Origin: Balanoglossus misakiensis
Lineage: Eukaryota; Animalia; Hemichordata
Reading direction: 5' to 3'
Assembly (NCBI GenBank): GCA_040954595.2
Contig: CM082583.2
Coordinates: 9,224,254-9,288,253 of the forward strand
Length of the DNA stretch: 64,000 nt
In this document: positions 1 to 12,500 of the stretch, piece after piece
Layout: each line of letters opens with the position of its first letter
Position numbering within the stretch: position 1 is the first letter of the stretch
Notes under the pieces: model-generated
The model's database searches: none
What the model was told of the DNA's origin: nothing
Seen by the model: the letters and a program-made list of their open reading frames with translations, nothing else
Translations under genes and position numbers: made by a program

Positions 1-2614
1 GCAAACTCATGTTATATCACCCATGTATTCAATACATGTACTTCGATTTTTTTTACCCCCGAAAAGCAAGGACCTGACTAGCCTATTATCCCCCGAACCG
101 CGTTTACATAGTCCGCTGTTTGCTTTCCTTCCCTCCGATGACACGATATGAAGGTTTATTTGATTACTTCTTTTCAATTCGTCGGCCATGATTGCTTTTT
201 AATATCGAAAGGTTGCGATTAGATATGAAAGCACGTGTTGACCAAGCGACATGTTTTCCCGACAAATTTGTTTTAATTTGACGGTAATGTCACTCTGTTC
301 TCGATTTCTGTCATGTTTGTTCGTCAAACACTCTTTTCAGTTATTCAAATGCATGTATACCACGTGTCATTCTCTTTCAATAGCGTGTATGTTCACGCTA
401 TGCAAACTCTCCGTGCAGGCTTGTCCGTCTTTTAAACTGAAAAGCTCGAATAAACTCACTATTATCGCTACAAAACCTTGAAACCAGCCAAGCTTGTAGT
501 TATAAAATTGTTTTCATGTGCTTACCGAATTTCAAAGCACATTTTATTTGTTGTGCTACGGTGGATACGTGTATGTGCCTACGTAGTGCGACACGCGATG
601 GGGATATTTTGCCCGAGCTATAGAAGACAAAAAGTCCCGCGTACTCTTAGCCTGGTTCCTTCCAACATGATCAATCAATCGACGGGAAAACGTGTCGCCT
701 GCTCTTTTACCACGGCTACCTGAAAGCGCATGTGGTCTCTATTTTTTAATATATTCTTTTTAATCTATATTTCATGCGATTTGTCATCGACAACTGCGTG
801 CGAGGAGAATACAAATATTCACGCGAAGCTGGAAGCCTTTTGTCTTCACCTACAACATCCAGAAGACTTGACGGTTCCATTTGGGTCATTACCGTAGGGA
901 GGCGATTTGTACTTTCGCTCGGAAAGCCGCTTAATGAGGTGTTCGCGGATAGACGGCAGCTTGGTTCAATGATGCACGTCATGTTACAGTCGTCTTTACA
1001 CGGTACATCCAGGCATATTTCGATTTCAGCCTACTTTTAGGAGTCTATCGTTCAGTACACGACATATTAACTGTTTAAACCAATTGATTTTGTTTCTTTG
1101 CTTTTCATCTCGTGCAACGATGGTAGTTGCATGAACGTTTGCAGAAGGTGATTCTGTAACATATGGCGCATATTATCACATCATAAGCTTATTCATTATT
1201 AGTGGGCATCCTGTATAGCTTTATCAATGCATGTTTATCTAATAAATGAGAGCCATATACAAAGAAGTCGCGCGTGCCGTGTAACCGACTGTTTATTGAC
1301 GCGGAATTTATTTCCTCGGTTTTGTCTCCGTTGCCGTGACCTGCTTTCGATCGGTTGTCGTCGCTACAGAGTAAGACTATCGAATTAACGATAGCTTTAG
1401 ATCTCGCAACTGCGCCCTTACATTTTAGACCTTAGAAGCTTGCCGTGTCCAACTGTTATTTTAAGCCACCGTTTCTCCATGTGTGGCATATGCCTCAACC
1501 TTCCCCCATGACACGGACGGCAAGAACACGACACCTGCGCCGAGAGGCGAAGTAGGACGAAATAGGTATCGCTTTGTTTTGATTAGCTCCCTTTGGGGGA
1601 ATGGTTATTGAAAACAAGTAAGTGCCATAGGATGTGGATTTTAACCTTGACTTTCTGGCAGAGAGTCAAGGGTAAATGGATACGTATTGCCGATCAACAT
1701 ATCACATCGAGATGAATTTAATCAACTCGGGCAATAATGAATGGTTGAAACTTGCAAACTAGAAACGACCATGGTCCCATTCTGTGCCTGTTCGCTCGCC
1801 ACGTGCACCTTGCTGTTCTATTCAGCTTCGAAAATTTGACAATGCCTTTTCATATTATGTTTCATAAATCAGGGGTTGTTACCAGCAGCGCCGGGAATGA
1901 ATGAAGGGACGGGGAAGATGGTAGTGAATGATAGAATGGCTGTCTGCTCAAAATTATCTTTACACGATGATCTTTATCACAGATATGCCTCCTCTGGAAA
2001 AAAAACCGTGGAGACGATTTCTCACTTGTCGAAATGCGGTCACTGTTATCTCGCGTTCACAGTCAAGCGATCATCGTCTTCCGGAACACCTGTCGTATCT
2101 TTGACAAACTTTTATAATTATGGCGGCTCTGGTCAAGCTGTCAATCAATTATGCATTCTTATTCTCTAGACGACGGTTGTAGCTAAGCCAACGTGTATAA
2201 AATTTCCCGATTAGTGTGTGAAATATTTATATGCAATCATATGCTTGTAATGATCTGTTGTTTAATTTATAACCCATTTAATATGGATATCCGGATGACT
2301 AATTGGATTTATGAAAGATTTGTCGTCTTCTATTATATTTCTGTAGTTCTTGACAGAGTATTCATTTCAGTCATATTTCATTACAGCAATCTTTAGAAAG
2401 GCTGAAGAAACTAGTGCATCGACAAGATGGATTTTTGCACTCAGGGTCAAATAATCCTTGGCTATAATTGATGATCTGCAATCGATCAAACTTAATAAAT
2501 TTGGTATCTGCGTGTCAAAATACTCTGATTAACACAAACTGTATCAACAGTTTCCCTGGGAAGGGGCTACAACTCGAGTTATTCCCTCATCCTTTGAAAA
2601 CCCGTACATTATTC

Positions 2615-2686
2615 GATGATGATGATGATGATGATGATGACGACGACGACGACGACGACGATGACGATGACGACGACGACGACGAC
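2615..2686. repeat. Compound trinucleotide microsatellite (GAT)n(GAC)n
   Basis: Directly visible; it produces the poly-Asp run in spurious ORF 2468..2719. Confidence 0.97.
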
Positions 2687-5600
2687 GGTGGAAGTAGCGA
2701 TGAAAGTGTTATTTACTAAGAGTTACTGTCGTGCAGACTGTTTGCATAAAGGAGCATTTCCGTTCCACTTAGGTTAATCGGCATTTTATTGAAAATAACC
2801 TCGTTTTCGAAATGCTTGATTAGGTTTGCTAAATCCATGAACTCTATACCTGCAGGGGTTCTCGATTCATTTGCTTTGATTTCCAATAAACAATTACGGC
2901 CTACACAAAAGAGACTTTTGTCTGGTCACTTGCCTTGGCACTTTACCGTACCCTTTAAATACACCCACTAATCATCAGATTAATCTGACGGGGATAAGTC
3001 TTGCAATCAAGCAGATGGAAAAAAATATGTGACTGAAAAAATGTTCACGGTCAAACAGCAACGCGATAAACAGCTCCATGAGCAACTGGATTTCATTGAG
3101 AATTGCTAGAAACCCCACTTTTTCCATTATCATGATATTTTGCGTACTGCTCAGTCAAAAGGAATTCAATTCAGTGATCGTGTGGAATCGTTGGGGGGTA
3201 AAATCCGGACTCGGCATTTTATTCATTTATCGACGAAATTCGAGGCCTTGTAATTCGTGAACCATCAAGGTAAACACTGATTTATTACTTGTTTACTATT
3301 CGTTATTATTGTATGTGAGACAATCCGCGAAATTTATTGAATATGAATTGAAAGCGCGCGCAGACGACAACCGATTCTGACGTCATCACACTTGAATTGG
3401 TATATGCGCAGGTATCCGGTACCATAACAGCCGGACATCGATCCTGTTGTCGTTCGCTCCATCAACTCCCGCGTCTCGTCACTAGGCAGGTTCGCGGTCT
3501 GGCAAACGAGACTACAATCATCCCTGTTTCCAACACCCGACGACCTTTTCAGAGACATCTTACAATATCTGTGCACTCGAAGTATTTCTCACTGATTACA
3601 CCAGCAGACAGCTATGTAGCTCTCCGCTAGGGTTAATATGGAGTGGACCTAACTGTAATTGAAAAGTAAATCAATCATTTCTATCATGTTTCCAGGATAA
3701 CCATTTCCGTCTAAAAAGACATCTGTCAACGAACGAAACCAATATGTCCTTTTTTGTGAACTTTTCACAGCACGGCGAACTTGCAAAAAAGCGTATGCTC
3801 AGTTAATCTTGAAATGCGCAGTGAGCGTTTCGAAATGTAGTCCCAAGATACGTCAGACGTCATTTACCTCAAAACGTTTTTCTACACTGCCATCGATTAA
3901 CGGTTAGCCTAGCTTCCTACATTAAACTTGAGACTGATAACTTTGGAACTGATCCGACCTCGAGATATCGACCTCTTAAGCCGGAGGCTAATACTATTCG
4001 CGACAGCCATATTTCGTGACGTCAGCGGACCTCTCAACGAATAATGCATTGCCTTAAACAAATGGCCGTTACGTCAACTTTTACCTGCCAATTACATGTG
4101 GGATTTGATTAAATTACACACAGCAGAACTGTAATTCGAAAGGCCTTACATTCCGACAGTCTCCAGACGTTGGTCAGGTCGTTGACCTGTTCTGAAGAAT
4201 CCCAGTCAGATGTGAATGGTGTGGCCGATAATTACATCTTAATCCAAACGTCGCAGCCAATTACTCGAGTTAAGCGGGTTCTGGGCGCTGGAGATTAATT
4301 TTCCTCGGGCTCGTCGTTTCTTTCAATTGATGTCCTACCCTCGTTCTCCGTGTTCTGATAACGACAGGCGCTATATCGCGCTCATTATATTATTGATACA
4401 AAAAATAGCAGCTGGTCCCTCCAAAGAGAAAACACAAATCGGTGCCAGAGGACGTCGCCGAGATTGCTTTTTGAAGATTCTCTTGACACCCACCTTTGAC
4501 CTCAAACCTTGTGTCACAGTGATAACACGCGCGATACGATTGACAATAGCCTGACAGGTATTTGCACTTCGACAATCGGTTCATCTCGTTTATAAAAGTA
4601 CTTTCTCGACATTCTCCATTTCTGTCAACAATTATTTGACGGCGAAAGTGCTCGCATTGTGACCCTATGTCACACAACCATTGTTGCGCGATTCTGCCCT
4701 GACAGGTGATTTTCCGTTTCAATCTCAATAGAAGTCACTGGATTTCTCGATTTTAAAGGGACAAAGTCGCTCACTTTTGACATTTTTAGTCTCACTTGAT
4801 AGACTGTTTACGTTGTTCAACTCACTGAAATATGCAGTGACCAATTGTAAGTATACAGGTAACCTTCATAGAACAAATATTTCAACCAGGTAGACCTATA
4901 CAGTTTCCCTGTTTAACCATAGACTGTCTATGGTTTAACAGCACCACCTTACAGTGCATGATCAAAGGTTCTTGAATGTTCGCCATTTGTGATATGTGCG
5001 GCGCGCAAGTACTTAGTCTTCCTTCAGCGCTGACGTCACCGCCTTGGTATTTGCGGCGTTTATTCAGAGAAGTGAAGGGTTAGTCTTGTTTGACGTGATG
5101 AGAATAGGTGTCCAATTAATTTAAAATGTCGGCAACATATCACGTAATGCTACCACGGCAGTTTTAAATGTAACGGAACGGAGATCAGTAATTGATGAGG
5201 CAATTAACAGGAAATTAATTGCCCCGTAATGTCCCTATATTTAAAAGCAACAAAGATGAACGAGATCTGACAAGCCGTGTCTGGGGAACATCATAACGAG
5301 TCTGCCAGCTTGTCTGAACTTTGTAGGGTTTCCAGATTTGCACTGTAATTAAGGCACGTGAAGACGCATGCGCCCGAACTGAAGTGGGAACGACTGCAGT
5401 CTTATCTTGTCTGTGGGGTCTACTGCATCGTGCGCTGTTTGTAGCATTCTGTAACACGAGTGAAGCTGACTGCGTGTGGAAAAGTGCATTTAACGGTTCA
5501 ATCGTGGATGGTTGATTATATGCAGTCATGTAGGTCACCAATTGCCACGCAATTCATTACACTTCAAATTCTGCACACAATTACGTCTGTTAATTTACAT

Positions 5601-5929
5601 AAGAAAGCCCACAGATGTCTGCCACTGCATTGTCATTTTCACTTTCATCCGAGATGCCACCGTTACTCCAATCATTTTCCCAACTGTCAAATTACTGGGC
5701 GGATCATTTTTGCGTTCTCTCATCACGCGAGCACGTAGGCCTGCATGTACAGATTCCACATTATGGTATCATGCCATTTGACTACAAACCACAGAACAAT
5801 GGAAAAAAAAACAATGGACGAGCGACGAGCAAAACCTTCCTTGACACCTCCGAAGAAATGACCGCAGCTGTTAACTACACCCCCCCCCAAACAGAGAAAT
5901 GAAATAGCACATCTTTCATGGATACCTCC

Positions 5930-5990
5930 CGAAAATAGCAACGGCGTGTATACGCATGTGCACGCGAAAATAGCAACGGTGTATACATAC
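5930..5990. repeat. Short imperfect tandem duplication (cgaaaatagcaacgg..gtgtatac x2)
   Basis: Two near-identical copies about 35 bp apart, seen directly. Confidence 0.8.
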
Positions 5991-7566
5991 AGCCTATGCC
6001 TTTGTGGTTTCTGTGTGGTCTTCATCGCGTGTTCGTGTAAATCAGCCAGTTCTTTAAATTGACACGCATGTGCGGCCTTTCCGTCGCCTTCGAGTCGTAA
6101 ATTGACATCGGCTAAATGTAAGAGGCAGAGCACATATCTGAATTGTATTCGGCGCAGATTTTGATTAAAATATCGCGTCAGTCAGTTGCCGTCACGACGC
6201 ATAAAATCAGAATCTATACCCGAGCGCATTCGACATGAAACTGTCTTGAAACGGTTCATTCCTAGCGTTAAAGGCACACTGCTACTTTAGAAAATCCAAG
6301 AAGAGTCGCGTCTTTGCATTGAGCACTTGTGAAAAGCCGCCACCTTCTCGGTATCTGTTAACAGCGATATCGATAATTGCACTGACATCTCAGTTTTGAC
6401 ATTTCTCAGCGGTAAGTGCGTATCATGGTAGACGGCCTTGCTGCCCGTTGTCAGCACTCTTGAAACCGTTGTTAATTCGAGCAGATGTTCCGAGGACCGC
6501 GAAAACAACGCGCAGAATTTTGATAACCCCCACAGATACCTGCTGTTCTCGTTATCATGAAGGGGGCACAATACAGCCACACTTGCGAGACATAGTGTAC
6601 GTACATTTACATGTACATGTACATTACCCTGCCCCCCCCCCCCCTACCGAGCAGATCTACGCAGAGGTCTTGAAATTTTGCTGTATACCCCCTCCATTCT
6701 GAAAACGTGAGCCCGAACAAGCAACGGAAATGGAAATTGACGAAAACGCTCAGATGAAGAGGGTAAAAGTTGTCTTCGAGAGTATTCCTTACTCCGAGAC
6801 CCGGCTTTCAATCATATTACTTTTCTGAGTCGCAAACGCTATAATTGGAAACTATTCGTTGCTCGTTAGTTGGCCGCGTGGTCGGTACAGTCTGAGCACG
6901 AGCGGTGGTTGGCGGGGCGTGTTTATCGTTTTAATGATCACTTATCCAATCGAATGTAATCATCATCATACACAGAACAAAAGTGAAAAAGCAGCCAACG
7001 ATTTTAGCGCTTATGACATACTTTTGGACCGAAGAAATACTAAAACTTCAATTCCCCAACTTCGAATGCCAAGCGCTCAGCGGTCTTCGACACGAGGCAA
7101 AATCTTGTTTTTTATTTAAATATTTCATATCGTTTACACTTTTAGATTTATTTCCCGTCACAACAGTTCAGTCCTCAACGGGACATCAGAAATTACATCG
7201 TCGAGTGCTTGCTTGCTTTACACAGATTGTTCTACAGTAATAACCTTTGACGAGAGAGAGTTATTTTGAAATCTCCTTTCCGAGGCAATGCAATACATGG
7301 ACGATTTACATTTACATTAGCAGAGGATGAATCATTTGGAAGTGAGGGAAACTGAAAAGTATTTCGCTCAATCATTTCACTTTCCTTTCGCGTGGTTGAC
7401 GGCACGGTGGACATAAAATAAGTGGCAATGTAAATTGGTCCATACAGCGAGCACTCAAGTGTGTCTGTGTCGACAGTTTGCGTGCGCACTGATGTGGAAA
7501 GTACAACTACCACCGCGTAAAGTTAGCACATACAGCAAGGAAGTCGGGCACGTCTATCGCTCTGTG

Positions 7567-7724
7567 CTGTACTGTACTGTACTGTACTGTACTGTACTGT
7601 ACTGTACTGTACTGTACTGTACTGTACTGTACTGTACTGTACTGTACTGTACTGTACTGTACTGTACTGTACTGTACTGTACTGTACTGTACTGTACTGT
7701 ACTGTACTGTACTGTACTGTACTG
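7567..7724. repeat. Pentanucleotide microsatellite (CTGTA)n, about 31 units
   Basis: Perfect repeat seen directly; it explains the VLYCT/VQYST ORFs. Confidence 0.98.
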
Positions 7725-9360
7725 ACACATCTCCGAATTCATCCGGCAAACTACCCTACCCTGCCTCATAACGGGAAAACTCCCTAGCATTCAATTTTTT
7801 CGACATGATATATTTCAGTATTAAGTGATGAACACAAGTCAATTTGTCACATGCTGTTTTTCACGTCGACAGTGGATATTAATTTATGTAGGGGACAGCT
7901 GCCACACATAGCGTGCCGTGCCTCGTCTGTGACTTTCGGGATTCGTTTCTATATCATCTGCCATCGCAAAAAGAATATGATTCTTTTCATGTACAGTCGT
8001 AACATGGCCCCAGATATTCGACTCGGACCTGTAAACGCAGCCCATATGTTTATAAAAAATACCTACACCCACAAAGAAATATTCATGCTAAGCCTTGCAA
8101 GTTTATTGTTTGCCTTGTTTTGTCTTGCTTTGCTTTGTTTCGCAGTATTATTCTTCGTATGCTGACCATCTGTGTGGCGCCATTGTGAACGTTGATCGTG
8201 TAAGCGAGGACTTAGCTGCGAACGACCTACATTATAAAACACTGAAAATATCATGAATTCAAACTGAATGCGTTTTTCCTTTAAGAATAATCAAAACCTT
8301 TCTTTTATGCGTTGAAAATTTATTCCCAAACTATTTAAATCGGACAAGACCATACACTGGATTTACACTTGCCCTCAAGCAGGTTGTCGGGTGTAAATGT
8401 ATTTTTTAAGTGCACAGAACGATGACCTTCCCCCAACAACATATTTAGAGTCCGTGTTAATGCCATCACTGACGTATTTGACAATAACAAACACATGAAT
8501 TTCGTCCTAAAATATATCGGCGTTTTTAAATGGATTGGTACGTCATTGAACACGTTGAAGATTGAAAGTATCAATCTTTGTTTGGTGTTATTTGTATTGG
8601 GACGTATAATTAGCGTATAACATTGGCATAAAAGCGAATTGTTAAGGTATATTTGTGAAACAAGCAAAACACACCTTGAAATCAAACTTGCGTCAACATG
8701 CTAACGGCTAAGATTTTCTAAATTATACAACGATCCGATTTAAGACCACCCTTTTTCTCTCCCTCTCTCTGATTGGAATCTGCCGCCCTTATCACGGAAG
8801 TCTAACCCTTGTCAATCTCGTGTACATCCGTCTTTTTTGCACAAATGTTTTTTTTGAAATCGCTCGGGGAAAATTATCGTCAAACGGTGCAGAATGGAAA
8901 TACAGAAAGCGTTGCCTGATTACAGACCTAATCCAAGCCTCGCTGTAATAACCAGCAGAAATAAAATGATCGCTTTCCGCGCATGACGTCACAGCGATTA
9001 TCAAACCTGTAAAGACCTATTTTATGGTTCCATCGTTCGGTATTATGAGCGTTTTCTCCAGTTTCCTTGCAAAACCTGACAACATCCCCAAAGGGTTCAA
9101 ATACACGCCAAAGCCGAGTCGTAAAAGAGGGGAAATAGAACAAATAACTAACGTTTGGTTTCCTATTGCCGTTTGGGAGAATTTGTTTCTCTTCCTCCAA
9201 TTCAGCGATGTTTACGAAGACACGGAGTGTCCCTTCGGGCACGAACCTCTTTGTATCAGGCTTACGCTGACTCAACCGTAAATGCCATGATCTTCTTCGA
9301 AACCTCAATAGCCTGAAATACTCACAACGTGAGACTCTGCTCCTAGTCTTATAACTACAG

Positions 9361-9527
9361 GTTGCCATGGCTACGGGTTTCCTCTGTACCCAAACTGACA
9401 ACGCTTGTCTTCTATATACTCTGGCAGTCAGCTTGCAGCTAACATTAACTTCAATGCAAGCTTTGCGCAAATTATAGCAACACCTTCACTGTATCACCGT
9501 GGTTCATGAGATGACGTCACTTCCTGG
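9361..9527. promoter_or_regulatory. Candidate regulatory element: X-box-like site plus overlapping ETS-CRE motif
   Basis: GTTGCCATGGCTAC at 9361-9374 is one mismatch from the RFX X-box. TGACGTCACTTCC at 9512-9524 reads GGAAGTGACGTCA on the minus strand. Function is inferred. Confidence 0.35.
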
Positions 9528-12500
9528 GAAGCTCGGTCTCCGTTTGAACAAATTTAATCGAGTTAAATGAATCCTGGGGCAAATTCATAATTTCTTAATG
9601 TTCGAGATTAATGTGCGTTATCTTTTCGCACAGGTTAAAATTTTAATTCGTTGTCTGATAAGCGCGCCGGAGTGGTGCAGTCATCAACTTTTACGTCATG
9701 CCTGTCTGGTTTTGTCAGGTAGTGTCAACCTGCACGGTCAAACGCGAATCGCGAGTTCGTTTTTACGTAGACCTCGACGCTATCTCTCTATGCACTATCC
9801 TGGTGTATATTTTAAGGAAAGGGCAGGTCTTGTAGTTGGATTCTCGTCATTAGTATGCAGCCGGGGTTGTCTGTTGCCAAAGAAATGATATGTCTTTCAA
9901 TGGCACTTTGTTTGACAGGAAATGTTCATAATTAGAATCCTGTAGTCATAGAGGTGAAACGTGAATGGTTGTCTATGCTGATCTCGTTTAATGACCTAAA
10001 TCATGCGTTTTCGCGAAGTGTAATTTCTGTCGCGGCGTCGCTCGGTATTTAGTTCAATGGGCGCCAGAATTCTAAATAAATGCCTGTATTAGGAAGAGTG
10101 CTGGTACCGGACATTTATAGGTGCTGATCATTATTCGAACACGACGTGTGTCTGAAAAACAATGGCTCTTTTTGTCGTGCTCGTAAAATTTGACAATTTC
10201 TGACACAATACCATATGTTTGCTCTGGCGTAACTTAAAATTTACAAGGACATCGTATGCGGAAGGGGTGCATCAGTCTTTGAACGACGGGCGGTCGAACA
10301 CTAGTAATCGGAAAGGAGTTGCGCAGATACTAATTTCTATTACGACAAGACGTAAAGAGATGAACGTCGCGACCATTACTGTAAAACGGTCAAGTGGTAT
10401 TCACTCGCTTGTAATTTGAAATTGACCAGAGTGAATTTTAACAAGGTCTGTCACTTTAATCACCATGTTATTGCTGGTAAGGTCACACGACATTATTAAA
10501 TTCGCGTGATTTCCCCCGCGAACTCTTCTCAACTTCATTCTCACAACAAGGGTAGAACCAATACGGTTCGCGTAACTTCCCCGCTCTGTTGTACATGTTC
10601 AGCCTGTCTCGACGAAATTTCCTCGCTGCCGTCCTAAATATTTCAGGGCATTCCAGGGCCCGAATGACATTGTCCATTCTTATTTACAAAATATAAATTG
10701 CACTGGCTGGTCTATTTATGATATGATTCGTACCGACATGAATTTCATAACAGCTCAACTTGCCTATCACAAACCCATTGGACGTGTTAGGCGTGGTTGT
10801 CAGCACATGTTCACACTTGCCATATGTTGTCACGGTGTCCATACAGTTTGGAAATACATTATTTAAAATAAGCGGATATTGGAAAAAAACAGTCTTAGTA
10901 ATAGTAACTTTTTTGTTCAAATGAACAGCGTTCCATTATTCCATTTATATAGGCCATATGCCCGTTTAAATACTGTGCTAAATAGGTCCATAGACCCCGA
11001 AGGGCTAGAGTTTTACTGCTTATTAATATAGATAATATATGGGGCCAGCCACCTCGTACAAAGTATTCGCATCGGTAATTTGACCGTTAAGAAATAGAAG
11101 CAGTGAAATACAACGTGTGCATATTGGGTGTCATCATCAGTCTATATACTAGTATTACATGTATATTGTTATATGCCAATATTGTCGCTCGTTCGGTCGA
11201 ATAGTGGGCTACAAAGTTAACGCGTGTCAAAAGCCGAGGGAAGTAGTTTTGGGGCTCGTGACGTGCGTGTACTCACAACTGAATACGTCACACAATCGTG
11301 TCACCGAGGCCAGCAGGCATTCGCCGCGGTTTATTCATGGAACGCGTAATGTCAAATCATACTTTAGTTATATACCGCTCAAGGCACGTTTCTATTATGA
11401 GAAACTAGTTCGAAGGTTGGGGCAATTTAAACCGAAATGCGAATATCCTCTAGTCGCTTTCAATCGCTGAGTTTCGTCGCGTGGTGACCCGAACACGGTA
11501 TTACCTAACAATCATAAACGTGTGCCCTCTGATCGTTGCTCATCAGTGGAAACTCAAATTACTATCATTCGAGAAATCCATTTGCCTGTTATTGCAGATA
11601 TTACGGAGCCGAGGTTGTCTGCGATGGGTTTGGGGGAAATTACACAATGCTATAACTTGTCAGACTGACGCCCGTGTGGAACGAAAATTGCAGTCGAAAG
11701 GCAGAGAACAGCGATGAACATAATTCCATATTCTGGTTGCAACCAATTTATTATTTACCTGTATAATTATTTACTTGTATCCCGTGAAGGTTCAATAACC
11801 AGCTGGTAGTCGCCCCTCGGTATAAACCGCATTTACACGAGATATTTTTCGTTTTAATGCCATGTAAAATCATGAATAAAATTCAAAAGGGTCCGTACCA
11901 CGGGGATTTAAATTTTCGCAAATGATTTCCCCTGCCGCAAATTAATTCTCTTTGCTCATACGTCTCATTTTTTAACTCGCAAAGGAATGTGACTCGAGAT
12001 AGCTGACTCCAAATTAACCTATTTTAACGTTGAGTAGGCAGTGATCGGATGTACGCTGTGATAAGTTATACTACACGATGAGATGCCATGTATACTTTGC
12101 ATGTGGTCAGAAATGCGTGTGGTTTGACATCTTGCTCAAGCCTTGCTCTGGTTTTGTAACTCTTTCCGCGCCCAACTGTGACAACAATTTCGACACCGAC
12201 AACAATATCCACGGATTATGCAGTCATTTTCATTTACTGGGCAGTGCAAATACTTGATTGGGGGGGGGGCTTGGAAGAAATCTTCGGAATGATGGCGTAG
12301 GTCACGTGACCCGGATTATCACCACTTCGCACGCTGTGCGAGGATTTGGTCGGGGCGCTCTGGCAAATATGCAAATTAACCTGCAGACATATGCAAAACG
12401 TTGTTTGGAATTTGAAAATGTGTGCACAACTATAGTGTATTGTAGCCGTATCGATTACATCAGCCATTACGCTCATTTGCATTGCAAAGAAACCGTTAAC

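Noticed and set aside
7435-7790. ORFs with VLYCT/VQYST repeats, superficially like a repeat protein or an array
   Set aside because: These are translations of a (CTGTA)n microsatellite. There are no spacers, so it is not CRISPR.
9270-9312. Idea that this is a pseudogenised K2P exon 3 (GGC TAT TGA, one base from Gly-Tyr-Gly)
   Set aside because: Even if corrected it reads GYGGFEEDHGIYG-stop, with no P-x-T or TM2 similarity.
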